64,000 nt of DNA. It comes from Octopus vulgaris. Its lineage: Eukaryota. The notes under the pieces were generated by a model. The model saw nothing but the letters and a program-made list of their open reading frames with translations. It had not been told where the DNA came from and did not search any database. The stretch is from contig OX597822.1 of the NCBI GenBank assembly GCA_951406725.2, positions 96,968,001 to 97,032,000 of the forward strand, in the 5' to 3' direction. Positions 41,524-54,935 of the stretch are shown piece by piece. Both the position numbers and the translations under genes were made by a program. Each line of letters starts with the position of its first letter. The stretch's first letter is position 1.

Positions 41524-42693
41524 ATACAACACTGCTCACAATGCGCTTCCTCTCATTATTGTAGCTTTCAAATGATACCACACTGGTGGCTAGGCAGGAC
41601 GGCTGACATTCCCCTTGAACAGAATATCACCAAGTGGACTAGAGCAACATGCAGTGAAGTATTGTGCTCAAGAATACAATGCACCACTGGTCTGGGAACC
41701 AAAACTGCAATTAAGTACAACACTCTAACCACTAAGTCACATGCCTATGCATGTATATATATATCATCATCATCATCATCGTTTAGCGTCCGCTTTCCAT
41801 GCTAGCATGGGTTGGACGGTTCAACTGGGGTCTGGGAAGCCAGAAGGCTACACCAGGCCCAGTCTGATCTGGCAATGTTTCTAACATATATATATATAAC
41901 TATAAATTTTCGTCTATTCTACCAAGTAATCATCTTAAATTAAACCCTCAATTATTCTGTCTGGTTAAGTTCAATAATAATAATGTTAATAAAGTAGGAA
42001 AAGGAGCATAAATATAAATCCTGCTCCATAACCAGAGATGCTCTTTTTGTTTTTAAGGCAGTAGTAAAATTGTTTATTTGTGGCTGTTGTTGTATTGCTA
42101 TAATTGTTTTATATTATCTCAACTTATCTCAACCTGACAATCAAAACGTAAGGAGTTAGAGATAGCACATCTCCGTTTGCATACGAAAAAGATTGATGGC
42201 ATCTCATGGCATTTGTTCACTTTCAGTCTTCTTTGATGAAACATAATAAAGTGCCAAGGTAAAGTGTAACTGCTGCTTCTGCAATTGAGTAAGCAGCCCA
42301 TTTCAGAGTTGTTTCTTAGTTACTTCGTACAATGGAATTTGAGATACAGTTCTGTATGCCAAACCAGCTGAGATGAAATATTATTAAAGAACACACACAT
42401 GTACCTCTGCTGTGAATGTGTGTCTCTTCTACTAATCTGTTTTGTTTATCAAAACACTCCTTCCTCTCTTCTTGCTGTTTTCTCCTTGGAAAAGCCAAAA
42501 CTGAAGATACTGAAATGCCACCCGGACTTCAGATCTTGGCTTTCAGCCCATATATATTCACAGAGAAAACACTTTCTCAGGTCACTTATTTTCCAGACCG
42601 CTAAATGTATAAATGCATACATGTATGTATACACACATACACATGTTAGAAATATATATATATTAGCAACAGGGGCAGTATCAATACTGGGAG

Positions 42694-43138
42694 GTAATAT
42701 TTATCCCCATTTAAACGTGAATGTTCTATTGGAACAAACTATACTGTGGTAGGTACTGTGAGAGAAACTCTCATATTGGCTTTTGATGCGGAAAGCAGTC
42801 TTGCTTATATCATTTGTTGGGAGATAAATCCTTACTATCTCCAGTGCCAAGACCATGTGATTTTGACCTTCCTTGGTCTCATCAAAGATGGACACTCGAC
42901 TGTTAGAGATAGTGGTGACTGATCTTCATGCTAGTGATGAAACCCAAGGAAGGTCAAAACCATGTGATCTGGTGGTCTCATCGCTGGAAATAGCAGGGTT
43001 TTTATTTCCCCACTAGTGATATAACCAAGAGAGCATTTTTGCACCAAAAGCCAATATGAGAAGTTTCTATCATGGTATCTACTACAATATAATTTGCTCT
43101 AACAGAGCATCCATGTTTAAGTGGGAAATAAATATTAC
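42694..43138. mobile_element. Old inverted-pair element (~190-bp arms) with decayed hammerhead cores in both arms
   Basis: Arms gtaatatttatccccatttaaac... and ...gtttaagtgggaaataaatattac. Minus strand 42851-42885 reads TTGATGA-GACC-aaggaa-GGTC-AAAA-tcacatgg-TC, with an equivalent on the plus strand at 42934-42977. Confidence 0.55.
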
Positions 43139-43560
43139 GCATACATTTGTTCAGAGGATTCCAATATGTTGATATAAGTCATCCATGAAAAAGAAAGAAC
43201 TCATTGTTACAATCTGAATATCATTTAGTCATATTTATTCAATTTTTTACAATATGGCCACAGTGTTTCCACAAAGTCTGATAATAATGACAATTATAAA
43301 ATCACTACCGTGTTTTTATCTCTTTCTCAGTTCCTCCTGCCCCTCTATAATGTGGTGTAAATTCATCACTTAGTAACAGGAGCTTTTTCTTTTAAGCGTT
43401 GCTCCGTGTTCTTTTTTCTGTCTTGCAAGTTACTTGGCGACCTCACAAATGCAAGGAGCACAAAAGGGCACGCTGTGCACACTGTAAAGAAGTTGGTATT
43501 AAAGAAGGCACTCGGCCATAAAAAGCATGCCAAAGCTGACACTGGAGCTCAATGCAGCCC

Positions 43561-44147
43561 AGTGGCTCACTGAATCCTGTTAAACCATCCAACCCATGCT
43601 AGTGTAGAAAACATGTCAAATGATAATGATTATGTATACACACATACACATACAGAGGATGGTTTAAGAGGTTTCAGTGGCTCACTGAATCCTGTTAAAC
43701 CATCCAACCCATGCTAGTGTAGAAAACATGTCAAATGATAATGATTATGATAAGGCGGCGAGCTGGCAGAAACGTTAGCACGCCGGGCGAAATGCGTAGC
43801 CGTATTTCGTCTGCCGTTATGTTCTGAGTTCAAATTCCGCCGAGGTCGACTTTGCCTTTCATCCTTTCGTGGGTCGATAAATTAAGTACCAGTTACGCAC
43901 TGGGGTCGATGTAATCGACTTAATCCGTTTGTCTGTCCTTGTTTGTCCCCTCTGTGTTTAGCCCCTTGTGGGTAGTAAAAGAAATAGATAATGATTATGT
44001 ATACACACACACACAAACAAATATAGAGGATGGTTTAAGAGGATTCATTGGCTCACTGAATCCTGTTAAACCATCCAACCCATTCTAGTATAGAAAACAG
44101 ATTTTAAATGATGCTGATGATTATGTATACACACACACACACACAGA
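43561..44147. repeat. Three tandem copies of a ~115-bp unit derived from a SINE tail plus flank; the middle copy is interrupted by a SINE
   Basis: tggctcactgaatcctgttaaaccatccaaccca occurs at about 43563, 43678 and 44049. Confidence 0.8.
43750..43986 (+). mobile_element. Young tRNA-headed SINE (family 1, with a Nin/Deu-like central domain) with a 13-bp TSD
   Basis: ggcggcgagctggcagaaacgttagc...gagttcaaattcc (B-box-like)...gcctttcatcctttcgtgggtcgataaattaagtaccag. TSD GATAATGATTATG at 43737-43749 and 43987-43999. Confidence 0.85.
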
Positions 44148-44951
44148 TTACTACTAAATGGATTGTGACCTGTGATATGTAAAAATAGATATCCTGTTCA
44201 AATTCACATCATTTGCGGATTTGAATTTCAGAAGTAATTTTTTTTAAGTAACATATCATCAAGCTTGTTGATTTGCGTGAATCTTAACACATTTGCTATT
44301 CTTCCTTTTATGTATAGCCACAAACTTTGCAGTATAGTCTCTACATGCGCTGCTAGAAGTAGCACTTTATAGTTCCTTTATTACAAGTCTTATTTGGGGG
44401 AATTTTAAGAAAATGCATAGAAGAAATAAGCTGGAATAACTTTTACATGTAAACGTCTGAGAGAGAGAGAGAAAGAGAGTTAAGACACAGAGAGGAGAAG
44501 AGAGTCATACACACGCACACACACACACACACACACATATTTTTGTATGTTTACTTAAATATAATGGTTTATTTCTTTGAGCCATTGTTTTTTATAGATA
44601 GAAAAGGGAACCTGCTCTTTGTGCATCTGAGCCAGCTGTAGTTAGAGTGCCCTGTCCATGGGGCAATAGATACAACAGTAGTGCTGTTTGATTGTGGTCA
44701 GTGGTACACTGTCTGTACATTAAGCACCATTCTAGGTGATGCAAAAATCACTGAAAGTTGTTTTCGTTGTTACTGTAAGAATTGTGTCAACACAGAACAA
44801 TCCCATCAAAGCAGGAGCTGGCCAGATATACTAACTATCCTAGTTTTGCTTTTTTATCATTGTGTGACAGACACATCAAACTAGAAGTTGAAGATAAGTG
44901 AAGTGGGAATGTCCTAACACTGGAAATAATGTCACTTAGCAGTGAGAATGT

Positions 44952-45213
44952 ATGTATTTTTCAAGAAAGCAAACTGGTCAACAGTATTTCAGCTTGGGTT
45001 GTATCCTGTCTTTCAACAGAGCCTCGTTGGATGTCCTAAACTGCAATACCTGTAATTCTACATTCTCACTTAAAAGACGGGTTTACAGTGGGTCGAAAAG
45101 CCACACGCCTCCACAGGAGATGAAGAGAAGAACCAGAATGTTGGGGGAGATGCAACCACAATTGTTACTTATTACTGCCACCACTATCATCATATGTGTA
45201 TGCTTTATTGAAG
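44952..45213 (+). CDS. Third candidate alternative first coding exon of MAST (hydrophobic C-terminal end)
   Basis: Open frame from ATG 44952 (in-frame ATG at 45120) to ...LLLITATTIIICVCFIE+G. Weak donors AG|GTGGTA (45214) and TG|GTACAT (45217) are both phase 1. Unique non-TE sequence. Confidence 0.25.
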
Positions 45214-45352
45214 GTGGTACATGTTGAACTTAGACTAGAGCAGGTGGGGCAAGCATATGTGATACTAGTGGAATAGATAGGATTGTTTAGCTGCTAAATA
45301 TCTAGAGAACGGATGGTTGTCATCAGATTTCAGTGAACAGATGAAAGTGGAA

Positions 45353-45383
<31 letters not shown>

Positions 45384-46198
45384 AGGAAGCAAAGGTTTTA
45401 AGAATATATAAAACAAATATACCATGGTTTTATTGTTGGTGAAGAACACTCCCCTCCCCTTGCCCTTCCATTCAAGGATTGAAGTAGCTAGGTGTGTTTT
45501 GTTTGGCAATTATGTTCAGACAACAGAGCTAAAAACTGTAAGCAACTTAGAATGGTGAAACATTCAATGAATGCAAAGATCATGGACACTGCCTGTTCTT
45601 CCTGACTAAACAAAATAGAGAAATGAAATGGTTTTTACCAACATAATGCTAACGACTTCGGGTTTCCAGGACAAAAACAAAAGAGAAACAGACGAGATTC
45701 CATAAGATAATTTATAAGTTCACTGTATATTAATGGAATATTTGAATTAAACAAAGATCTGAATCAGGTGTATTTGGCATAAACATAGGGGGAAAGGATG
45801 TATAAACATCTTACACTTTGTTCCTGTTTTGCTATGGTATATATTCTTTGACCAAACTTACATTCTTTAGAATATTGTTTTAGTGTAACAGTTATTTAGT
45901 AATAAAATACTGTTGTAAAAACTACATCTATCTTGATGTCTCCTTTTCTCTCTCCCTCTCTCTCTCACCTGCCTCTCTGCAACCTTGTGAATATGTAAAA
46001 AAAAAAAAAAAAAGAAATTAGCTGTTTTTGTTGTTTCTTTTCCTTCATTAAAGGAGATTTTCTATAGTTGATATTCCTATAATCAATATGTCGTCAAAGG
46101 AATATTTCTGTACTCAATGTATATAAATTTGCTATTGTTCCCTACTTGAATATTTATAGTAATTTCAATGATTTGACTTTGATCATATCTTTCCATAC

Positions 46199-46365
<167 letters not shown>

Positions 46366-47727
46366 TTCTATTTCATTTAATATTCTTCTCAATCTATTTT
46401 TCGTATGCCTTTTTTTATTTTCTTCCCCTCTCCTACATACATACATACATATATATATATACACTCCACTATTTTCCCCCTCAAAACACATGCTCTGACT
46501 CACGACCCTTTCTACACCTCTTCCTTTCCCCCCCCCCACCACTCTCCACTTACACACTGTTCCCCCCCAACCCCCCCAACCCCACTATCCCATCAGTATG
46601 CACCATCATGTTCCAATAACTGTGTGATAGAATGGTAAGCAAGGTGACAACTCAGAAACAGGCTACTGATGACACATGGCAAAAGGAATGCCATGCAACA
46701 AACCTTGCTGCTGATACTTGCTTCACCGATTCTTTGGTATTGTCTAATTCAAATCCTGTGCAGGATTCCATCAAAGCAACAACATATCTTTTCCACCCCT
46801 CTCTCACACACACACACACCCTATCCACTCATTCTTAATGCTGTTCTAATAATGATTAAACTAATGTAATAATAAAAATTAATTACCAAGATTAACCGAT
46901 AAATGCCATTAGTTGACCAGTTTGTCTTTTCTCTCTGGAATTTTGGTGGTTTTTATAATATCTAATTGTATTTTTCTCTTGATAATATATCTCTTATTAG
47001 GCAAACCCCTAGAATTGCCATTGTTTATATTATTACATTATGGTAGTGTCATGACAAAACACTTCCCAACTTCAAAATAAATATCAGAGACGGCACCAGT
47101 GAAGGCTGGTGTGGCAGAATAGCTATAGCTATTCTGATGAAGAGTTTTGCAAACATCATAAACATTGCAGTGTAAAAGAGCTAATGTTATTATTTCTTAA
47201 TCAATATCTCCTTGATATTAAATCGTTCATATCATTTGAGCACCGGTGCATGGCGTAAATAATTTTATATTCCCTTATTAGTATCTTCCCGATATCCATC
47301 TCATCTGAATGCTGGAATATTATTGATTTGCAGTTCAAGTAATTTCATATACCTTTTCTCACTGTCCTATAATTAATTCATCCAGCATCCAGACATGTTA
47401 ACACACAAGCAGCTTGGATAAATCTTGTTAGTTCCTGCAGTGCTGTGGCATTGCAGCGTTTCTGTGTGTTAATGCAGGGTACCATGGTTTAGTCAAGCAT
47501 TGAATTCTTCAAAAAACAAAAGTGCAATTGGGCATTAGGTTAATCAACATAGCCTTGCTATTGGGTATTCCTGTCTTAGTGAATTAAGACACACACACAC
47601 ACATATATATATACACATACACGCACACACACAGAGAAATAGATATGTATTTATATAGGTATATATACAAATAGATATGTACATATATGCATATATATAT
47701 ACATACATACATGCATATACATATATG

Positions 47728-48080
47728 CATTTGTATATACATTCATGTATATATAGATTTGTTCACATATATATACATACATGAATATTATATACATTTG
47801 TATATACATTCATGTATATATACATTTGTTCACATATATATACATACATGAATATTATATACATTTGCATATACATTCATGTATATATAGATTTGTTCAC
47901 ATATATATACATACATGAATATTATATACATTTGTATATACATTCATGTATATATAGATTTATTCACATATATATACATACATGAATATTATATACATTT
48001 GTATATACATTCATGTATATATAGATTTGTTCACATATATATACATACATGAATATTATACACATTTGTATATAGATTTG

Positions 48081-48085
<5 letters not shown>
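47728..48085. repeat. AT-rich minisatellite, 67-bp unit, about 5.3 copies
   Basis: The unit catttgtatatacattcatgtatatatagatttgttcacatatatatacatacatgaatattatata starts at 47728, 47795, 47862, 47929, 47996 and 48063. Confidence 0.9.
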
Positions 48086-48119
<34 letters not shown>

Positions 48120-48298
48120 GAATATATACTCAGTGTTTCGTCTTCACTGTAGAAATATGAGGAACAGGAAAAAAAACAAAAAGAGTAACAGAACAAGCAG
48201 ATGAATGTCAGCAGCTGAGGGTGAACATAAAGCGTTTGTGTCCTGATTTGTACATATGTTTAATATTGAAAATATGGTGGTGTGCATGCATGAGTGTT

Positions 48299-48329
<31 letters not shown>

Positions 48330-49460
48330 TGTACTGTATGTAGCATTTACAGTTTGGTCCTAGTACATCATCCGCACAGTTGTGGGTCACAGCACATCAC
48401 ATCACCTTACTGGCTGTCTGAGATGGTGTGAGTGACAGCCTTGACAATGATAGTAGTGACGGATTTGGGATGATGATGATGGTGGTGGTGGTGGTGGTGG
48501 AGTGCGAGTCCTGATAGTGACAGTGGTGTCGGCGGCAGTGGTGGTGGTGGTGGTGGTGGTGGTGGTGGTGGTGGTAGCAGTTAACAATGGCCAGAGGTTT
48601 TAAAAAAATCTGTTGCTTTCACAAGAGGATTATTTAGAATAATTAGAAAGTAAATCTTGCATTGTTTGGCAAAATGATCTTGAGTAATCTTAGCTTCAGA
48701 TGAATTTAATGATACTTGTAGCAGCTGTATGTATTTGTGTGTGCATATGCACAAGCACGTGTGTGTGTGTGTGTGTGTGTGTCTATATAAGCAATGGAGA
48801 TGTGAAATTTTTTTGTTTTTCTTTCATCCTCATTTTCCCTATCAACATTACTTGAGCTCTTTCCCAGTAGCTCTGATCATCTCAATGTATTTTTCGTATA
48901 GATCGCCTTGCCTTGGGTCCTCAACTCTTTCACAGAGCCATACAGACAGTGTTATGAAATGTGTAGTGTATTTGGCATTTTTTTTTTTCTTGCCCTTGTA
49001 GGGGCCATGCCTCTCTCGAATTAGGCCACAGTGGATTCATACTAAAGGGAAACAGACTAACAGAAACAAAGAAAAGAATAAGAGAAGGAGAAGAATCAGC
49101 TGGGGTTGATTTGCTCAACTAAAGGCAGTGCTCCAGCATGGCCGCAGCCAAATGACTGGAACAAAAGAATATGTGTGTGTGTGTCTGTGTTTACATCTCC
49201 TTATCTTAGCAGTTTGGCAAAAGAGACCGATAGAATAAGTAGTAGGCTTACAAAGATAAAGTCCTGGGGTCGATTTCTTCGACTAAAGGCAGTGCTCCAG
49301 CATGGCCACAAGTCAGATGACTGAAACAAAAGAATAGAAGAATATATATATATATATTTCTTTACACTGTATTAACCATATACACTGCTAGTCACAATGT
49401 ACATCCTCATCTTGTTTTCAGCTTCCAAATGATGCCACTCCACTCCCTGGGCAGGCAGGC

Positions 49461-49495
<35 letters not shown>

Positions 49496-52400
49496 ATAGA
49501 GAGAGAAGTGGAGGACAGCATGATTGCAGTCTAATGACTGAAACAAGTAAAAACATATATATTTAGATGTGTGTGTGTGTGAAGTATCATTCAACCTTCC
49601 AAAGCTGACATCTATCAGTTGGCCCTACACAAGCCCCTGCTTTCTATATACACACACACACACGCGCGCGCGTCTGTATACACATACATATGAGCACTAC
49701 ACACACACACACAAGAGCACACACTCATGCACACACATCTATCATTTATCTCATATTCTCCTTAATTTTGCTTTATTAAACCCCAAATATTTCACCCCCA
49801 CCTCTATGCTCATTAGTCAAGCAATTCACTCCAATAAATTGAGCATTCCTCAATTACAGAAAGCGTTTTATTTCTTTTTTTTCTTTTTTCCTGAATGACT
49901 GTTTTCCCATTATTAGTTCCGTTCCTGGGATTAACGAAGTTGGTCACCAATCGGCAGACCTCTTATTAGTCAAGAATCTTAGAACCTTTCCACCAAGACA
50001 ACCACATTTTCTAAGCTATTACTCACCACCTGTCAACACATTCCTTTGCATATTGATGATGCATTAACAGTTTTAATCTTTTACTGTTTAACTCACTCTG
50101 TGTATCAGTGATGGTGGGGGAGGAGAGGAAATAATTATTTTCATAATCAATTTTTAGAATGTAGGTTCAGGCATGGCTGTGTGCTTTGCAATCTTGTAGT
50201 TCTAGGCACAGTCTCATTGTGCAGATCTTAATTTAGTATCTTCTGCCATGGCTCCAGGCCAATTAATGCCTTGGGAATGGAATTGGTGGACAGACACTTT
50301 ATGGAATCCCATCATATATCTGTATGTGTGTGTGTGTATTCCGAGGTCGACTTTCCCTTTCATACTTACGGGGTCGATAAATTAAGTACCAGTTGCGTAC
50401 TGGGATCGATCTAATCGATCGGCCCTCTCCCACCAAATTTCAGGCCTCGTGCCTATAGTAGAAAGGATTCTTGTGTACACAAATGTTGACATTCCAGTGA
50501 TATGATGTATACATTCTTTATTGATATAATGTTCAGATGCTGTGCATTTTCAAAGACCCAGGGGATAAAAATATCCCTTGAAAAACATGTGAAAATTGGT
50601 GACAGGAAAAGTATCATCATCATCATTGTTTAGCGTCTGCTTTCCATGCTAGCATGGGTTGGACGGTTCAACTGGAGTCTGGGAAGCCAGAAGGCTGCAC
50701 CAGGCCCAGTCTGATCTGGCAATGTTTCTACGGCTGGATGCCCTTCCTAACACCAACCACTCCGTGAGTGTAGTGGATGCTTTTTACGTGCCAGACGAGG
50801 CCGGCAAACGGCCACGATCGGATGGTGCTTTTTACGTGCCATACCATAAAAATCTTTCTTTAAATACCTCTCCACCCAACCCATGCAAGCATGGAGGTAC
50901 AACTGTATACATGTTTTCTCATGTAAAGACAGAATCTTTAGAGTGGAAATTGACTGTCATTGCATTTCTTAAATCTGTTTGTAACATTGAGTGAAGGTTT
51001 AGGTAGTCAAGTGTGATATCTTGGTGCTGTCTGTGTGTGTATTTAGATTGTCAAAATAGCTTTTCAAATGAATTAGTTGTAATAGTCAGAAAAATAAATC
51101 TGAATACTGAATAAGAGTAGTTATTCTCATTCAACATGGTGTATGAGAAACAGCAATTGTTATCGTCACAAACATTACTGGATAGAAAAGTTCTATTATA
51201 CCGAACTTCCATTATATTTCTTAGAAATGTAATGATGTATTTGCAATATAAACTCTCACGTATGCTCACACACATACTTATTTAGATAGATAGGTAGTAT
51301 ATATGTATGTATTCACTCACAACTGAAAGCTATGTTCAATAAAAGTGAATAAATAGGAAAGTATTCACAATATTGCTGTCTACGTATATACATTTGTAGT
51401 ATATATTGTTTGTTTGAATAAATGTGTGAAAGTATGTTTTCTTTTCTTCTTGTATTCAGTGAGTTCAATAACTACAATATATGTATGCTTTAATAACTAC
51501 ATTATTATATTTTCAATAACTACAATACATATATATTTTGGGATACTTGGAGTGTATTTCATTGGTTTGTTTTACATCCTGTTTTTCCCATGGTAGCATG
51601 GGTTGGCGGAAAACTTTTTAGTAAGACGTTATTTTACAACAGGATGCCTTCTTGTTGCTATACTTTACTTGTATTTTATGTTGGGAACTTCTTATTTCAT
51701 TCATCCTTGAATGCATTGAGCTATAGGCTGAAATTGTTAACAGAGAATACCAACACAATGTCACAGATTTGCTCAAATGATTTCATGCAAAGACACAATG
51801 TAAATATTTACACCTGTACACACAAATATAAACACACAGCAGGCTTTCATACTGTTTCCACATACCACTGCTACTCACACAGCATTGTTCAGCCCAAAGG
51901 TGCATTAGAAAACACTTGTCTGAGATGTCATACAGTAACAAAAAAAAAAAATTGAAACCCCATCATTTCAAAATACACTTCATATCCATACAACCATACC
52001 ATTTTCAATAATTACAATTTTGAGGTTATTAGAAATAACTGTGGATAGTGTCACACTTCATACTGATGTGAGGAATAATATTCAAATCTAAATTTGTGAA
52101 ACTGTCTTCATGATATCAGTTGTATTGCCTTTTTTTTAACATCCTTCAATGTTGTAAGCTCCTCAACATGACATCCTAATCCATTATTTATGTACACTTG
52201 ATGTTCCAATGACAGATGTTTAGAAATATATTTTCAGATGGTTGAACTTCCACTATTCAATTTGATCTCCTCAAATGCTCCACCAAGCACTTATACATAT
52301 TCTTGCCCCGTAGCTTTGGCAATCTATCATATTAATTACACTTTTCTGATAAAAAAAAAAATCTACTGGATGCCCTTGTTTCCCAGTAACATTACTACTG

Positions 52401-53354
52401 TTTTAGGATTTCAATCTCTGACATTAATAGCTTGTAGCATTAAATAAATATGTATTTATATTAATTTATTCATATATGTAAATGCATGCATGCTAGACAC
52501 TGGCATGGCTGCATAGTTATGAAGTTTGCTTCCCAACCAAGTGGATTTGGTTTCATTGCTATGTAGCGCTTTGTAAGTGGATTTGGTAGACAGAAACTGA
52601 AAGGAGACCATCATGTGTGTATGTGCAGCCTTACTTTGTCTTGGGCATCTTTTAAACCTGGCAGATTCCATCCTTCTCCAGGTCTAAAATGACAGCTGAT
52701 TTCTTCCAGAGGAGAGAAAGTCAGAAAGACAGCGTGAAAGGGAGTGAGAACAAGAATTGATTGCAGTTTCAGGACTGCAGTACTTTTATTTATCAACCTC
52801 AAAAGGATAAAAGACAAAGTTGATTCTGTCATGATTTGAACTCAAAGTATAGAAAACCAGAACATTTACTACAACTAATCTGTATGATGTCCTAACAACT
52901 CTGCCAACAAGCCACCTTATATGTTTGTGGGTATGTACACAATGTAATGCAAATATTGTAAAATCTGACTTTGATGTCTCCCTTCAGCTCCCTATGTTCT
53001 GAGAAACGAGTTTGCTTTCTCCCATTGTTTTTGTCCAAACCTAATTTGATCAAGACTGATATTTCATTTGCTTCCTTCTTGAATCTTGTTTGTGAGTAGA
53101 AGACATGACAGACCCCACAAACCATTGGATTCTAACCAAGCCCCATAGAAGGATTTTTGTTTGCTTGTTGTTTGTTTTATAATAAAGAGAAAAACCTTGC
53201 TGAAGATGGAACTATTATCCTGAAGCAAACTTAGATTGACAGTTATTAACAACAACAAAGAAGGCATCTTTTGTTGCTTCAGCTGCTGTTTTTAACTTCA
53301 TTGTTCTTTAATAATGCCAATATAACATCAGTCTTCTTTTCTTTTGTTTTCCAG

Positions 53355-53427
53355 GAAGTCCTATGGACAGTCCACGCCAAGCATCACCCAACCTTCACAA
53401 CCAGTTTCCATTCCAAAATATCAAGAA
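53355..53427 (+). CDS. MAST: Internal coding exon of the same MAST kinase, upstream of the DGRRWS exon
   Basis: cttttgttttccAG acceptor, 73-nt exon (G)SPMDSPRQASPNLHNQFPFQNIK(K), GTAAGA donor at 53428. Homologous to the vertebrate MAST exon GxSPLDSPRNFSP...HFSF. Its phase-2 end (AA) joins the G at 63889 in frame to give K-MDGRRW. Confidence 0.92.
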
Positions 53428-53623
53428 GTAAGAATGATTGTCTTATTTATTCACCTTTACAAAAAAAAAAAAAAAGAAGAAAAAAAAACCTTGCTTGTTT
53501 CTCTGCTGCCTGTGTCCAGTAATCATTGTGAATGGTCAGTTGGCTGTTGTCAAACTATCTATAAGCACTGTAGTAATATTTTGACCATTGAACATGCCCG
53601 TGGAAGGTGGGCTTCTGCGCCTA

Positions 53624-53853
53624 TTAACCCTTTAGTGTTCACATTATTCTGCCAAAATTAATGCTTTTTCATCCACATTGTTTTGAACTAATCATGCATT
53701 AATCTTGTAGCTATGAGATTTTGAAGAGGTAGCTGTTAATTTTTAAAACGATATTGTAGGGTTGGTGTGAGAGACCAGATCTGGCCAGTTTGAACATAAA
53801 ACAAGCAGAATACTTTTGGCCGGATATGGCCGGTTTAAATGCTAAAGGGTTAA
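53624..53853. mobile_element. piggyBac-type MITE family B, about 200 bp downstream of a MAST exon
   Basis: TTAA-CCCTTTAG...CTAAAGGG-TTAA, highly similar to 20895-21100. Confidence 0.8.
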
Positions 53854-54489
53854 ATACAGAATTAGAAAAGATGTCTGCTATTGAGATTTCACTGCAGAGC
53901 AGCTTCAGTTCCATCTCATAAACCCTCCAATTAGATTGGTTGTGACACATAATCTCAATGAATTCAATTGGAAACACTCTGTACGTGTGTGTGTGTGTGT
54001 GAGAAGCAGGTTATAATTAATAGTCAACTGTTATCAGTTAAAATGATAGTGGTGGTGATGGACAAAAAAGCTTAATTAGGTTCACAGATATGGGATTTCT
54101 GCAGTATTAATTCTCTTTTTTTTTTTTTAAGTCTGGTTCATACATTGTTTTGTTTTTGTTTTTAAGAATTAATGTGTTCAGTTTTTAATTCTTTTCAAAT
54201 CTCTAATCTGTAGTAGAATTCATATTAATTTCTTGAATATTGGAAGTGAAGAAGCTGCTATCTAGTTTAGGTAGAGGACAATAAACAATATATGAGCATA
54301 GATTAAAATATCGGTTCAGTTATTGTAACGGTCTAGATGTATTTCTGTTAGCTTCAGTCAGCTTACCTTATAAATAAATTCTATATAAGGAAGGTATGGC
54401 AGCTGAAAGATCCTTCTGCTAAACTTAAGTTCAGAGAAGTTCTAGAAGGCAGAGAGGAGATAAAGAGGGAGAATTATATGTTGAGGCAG

Positions 54490-54935
54490 AAGAGTAAGAG
54501 GAAGAAAGCTATGATATAGCTTGCTGCAAGCAACAGACAAGATCAATGGACAGACAGAAGGTAACAAGGTGATCAAGTGGTATTGTAGATAGAGCCAGGT
54601 AGTGTGTGAGACGGAACTGGAAAGATTGGAAGAAGTGTGGGGAAGGAAATAATATCAGGTAGTTGTATGTGAGAGACGGCGAAGGTAAGGGGTTTGTCGG
54701 TGTTATACAATGAGGCATTCAAGATTTCAAAGCAAGTTGTTGTTGGTGAAAATTATTTATGGAATTACGGCCGTGCACTTATCTCCAGTGATGCCGAGAA
54801 GAAAGAAGCGTGGAAATGTTTGCTACTTGAAGTTACCGGATGAAGAGAATGCTGGAAATGGAAAGGGCTAATTGAGGAAAATTCAACAGAAGGAATAGCT
54901 TATCAAGTTGACAGTTATATAGTCGAAAAGTGCTG
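54490..54935 (+). mobile_element. Highly decayed RTE-like LINE fragment (endonuclease-RT linker)
   Basis: Purine-rich segment with remnants such as IVDRA, DWKK, SDAEKKEAWKC and EENA. Confidence 0.45.

Noticed and set aside
43754-43850. tRNA gene at SINE heads (A/B-box-like motifs)
   Set aside because: No full cloverleaf; the heads run directly into multi-copy SINE bodies.
47133-47160. Isolated CTGATGA matches (also about 14421, 21941 and 32522) as hammerheads or C/D boxes
   Set aside because: No appropriately spaced GAAA, no stems and no partner boxes.
47728-48085. CRISPR-like array
   Set aside because: No unique spacers, eukaryotic context and no cas genes; it is a plain minisatellite.
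53271-53661. Track ORFs overlapping the MAST exon
   Set aside because: Wrong frames; the conserved peptide lies in the third frame, bounded by AG/GT.
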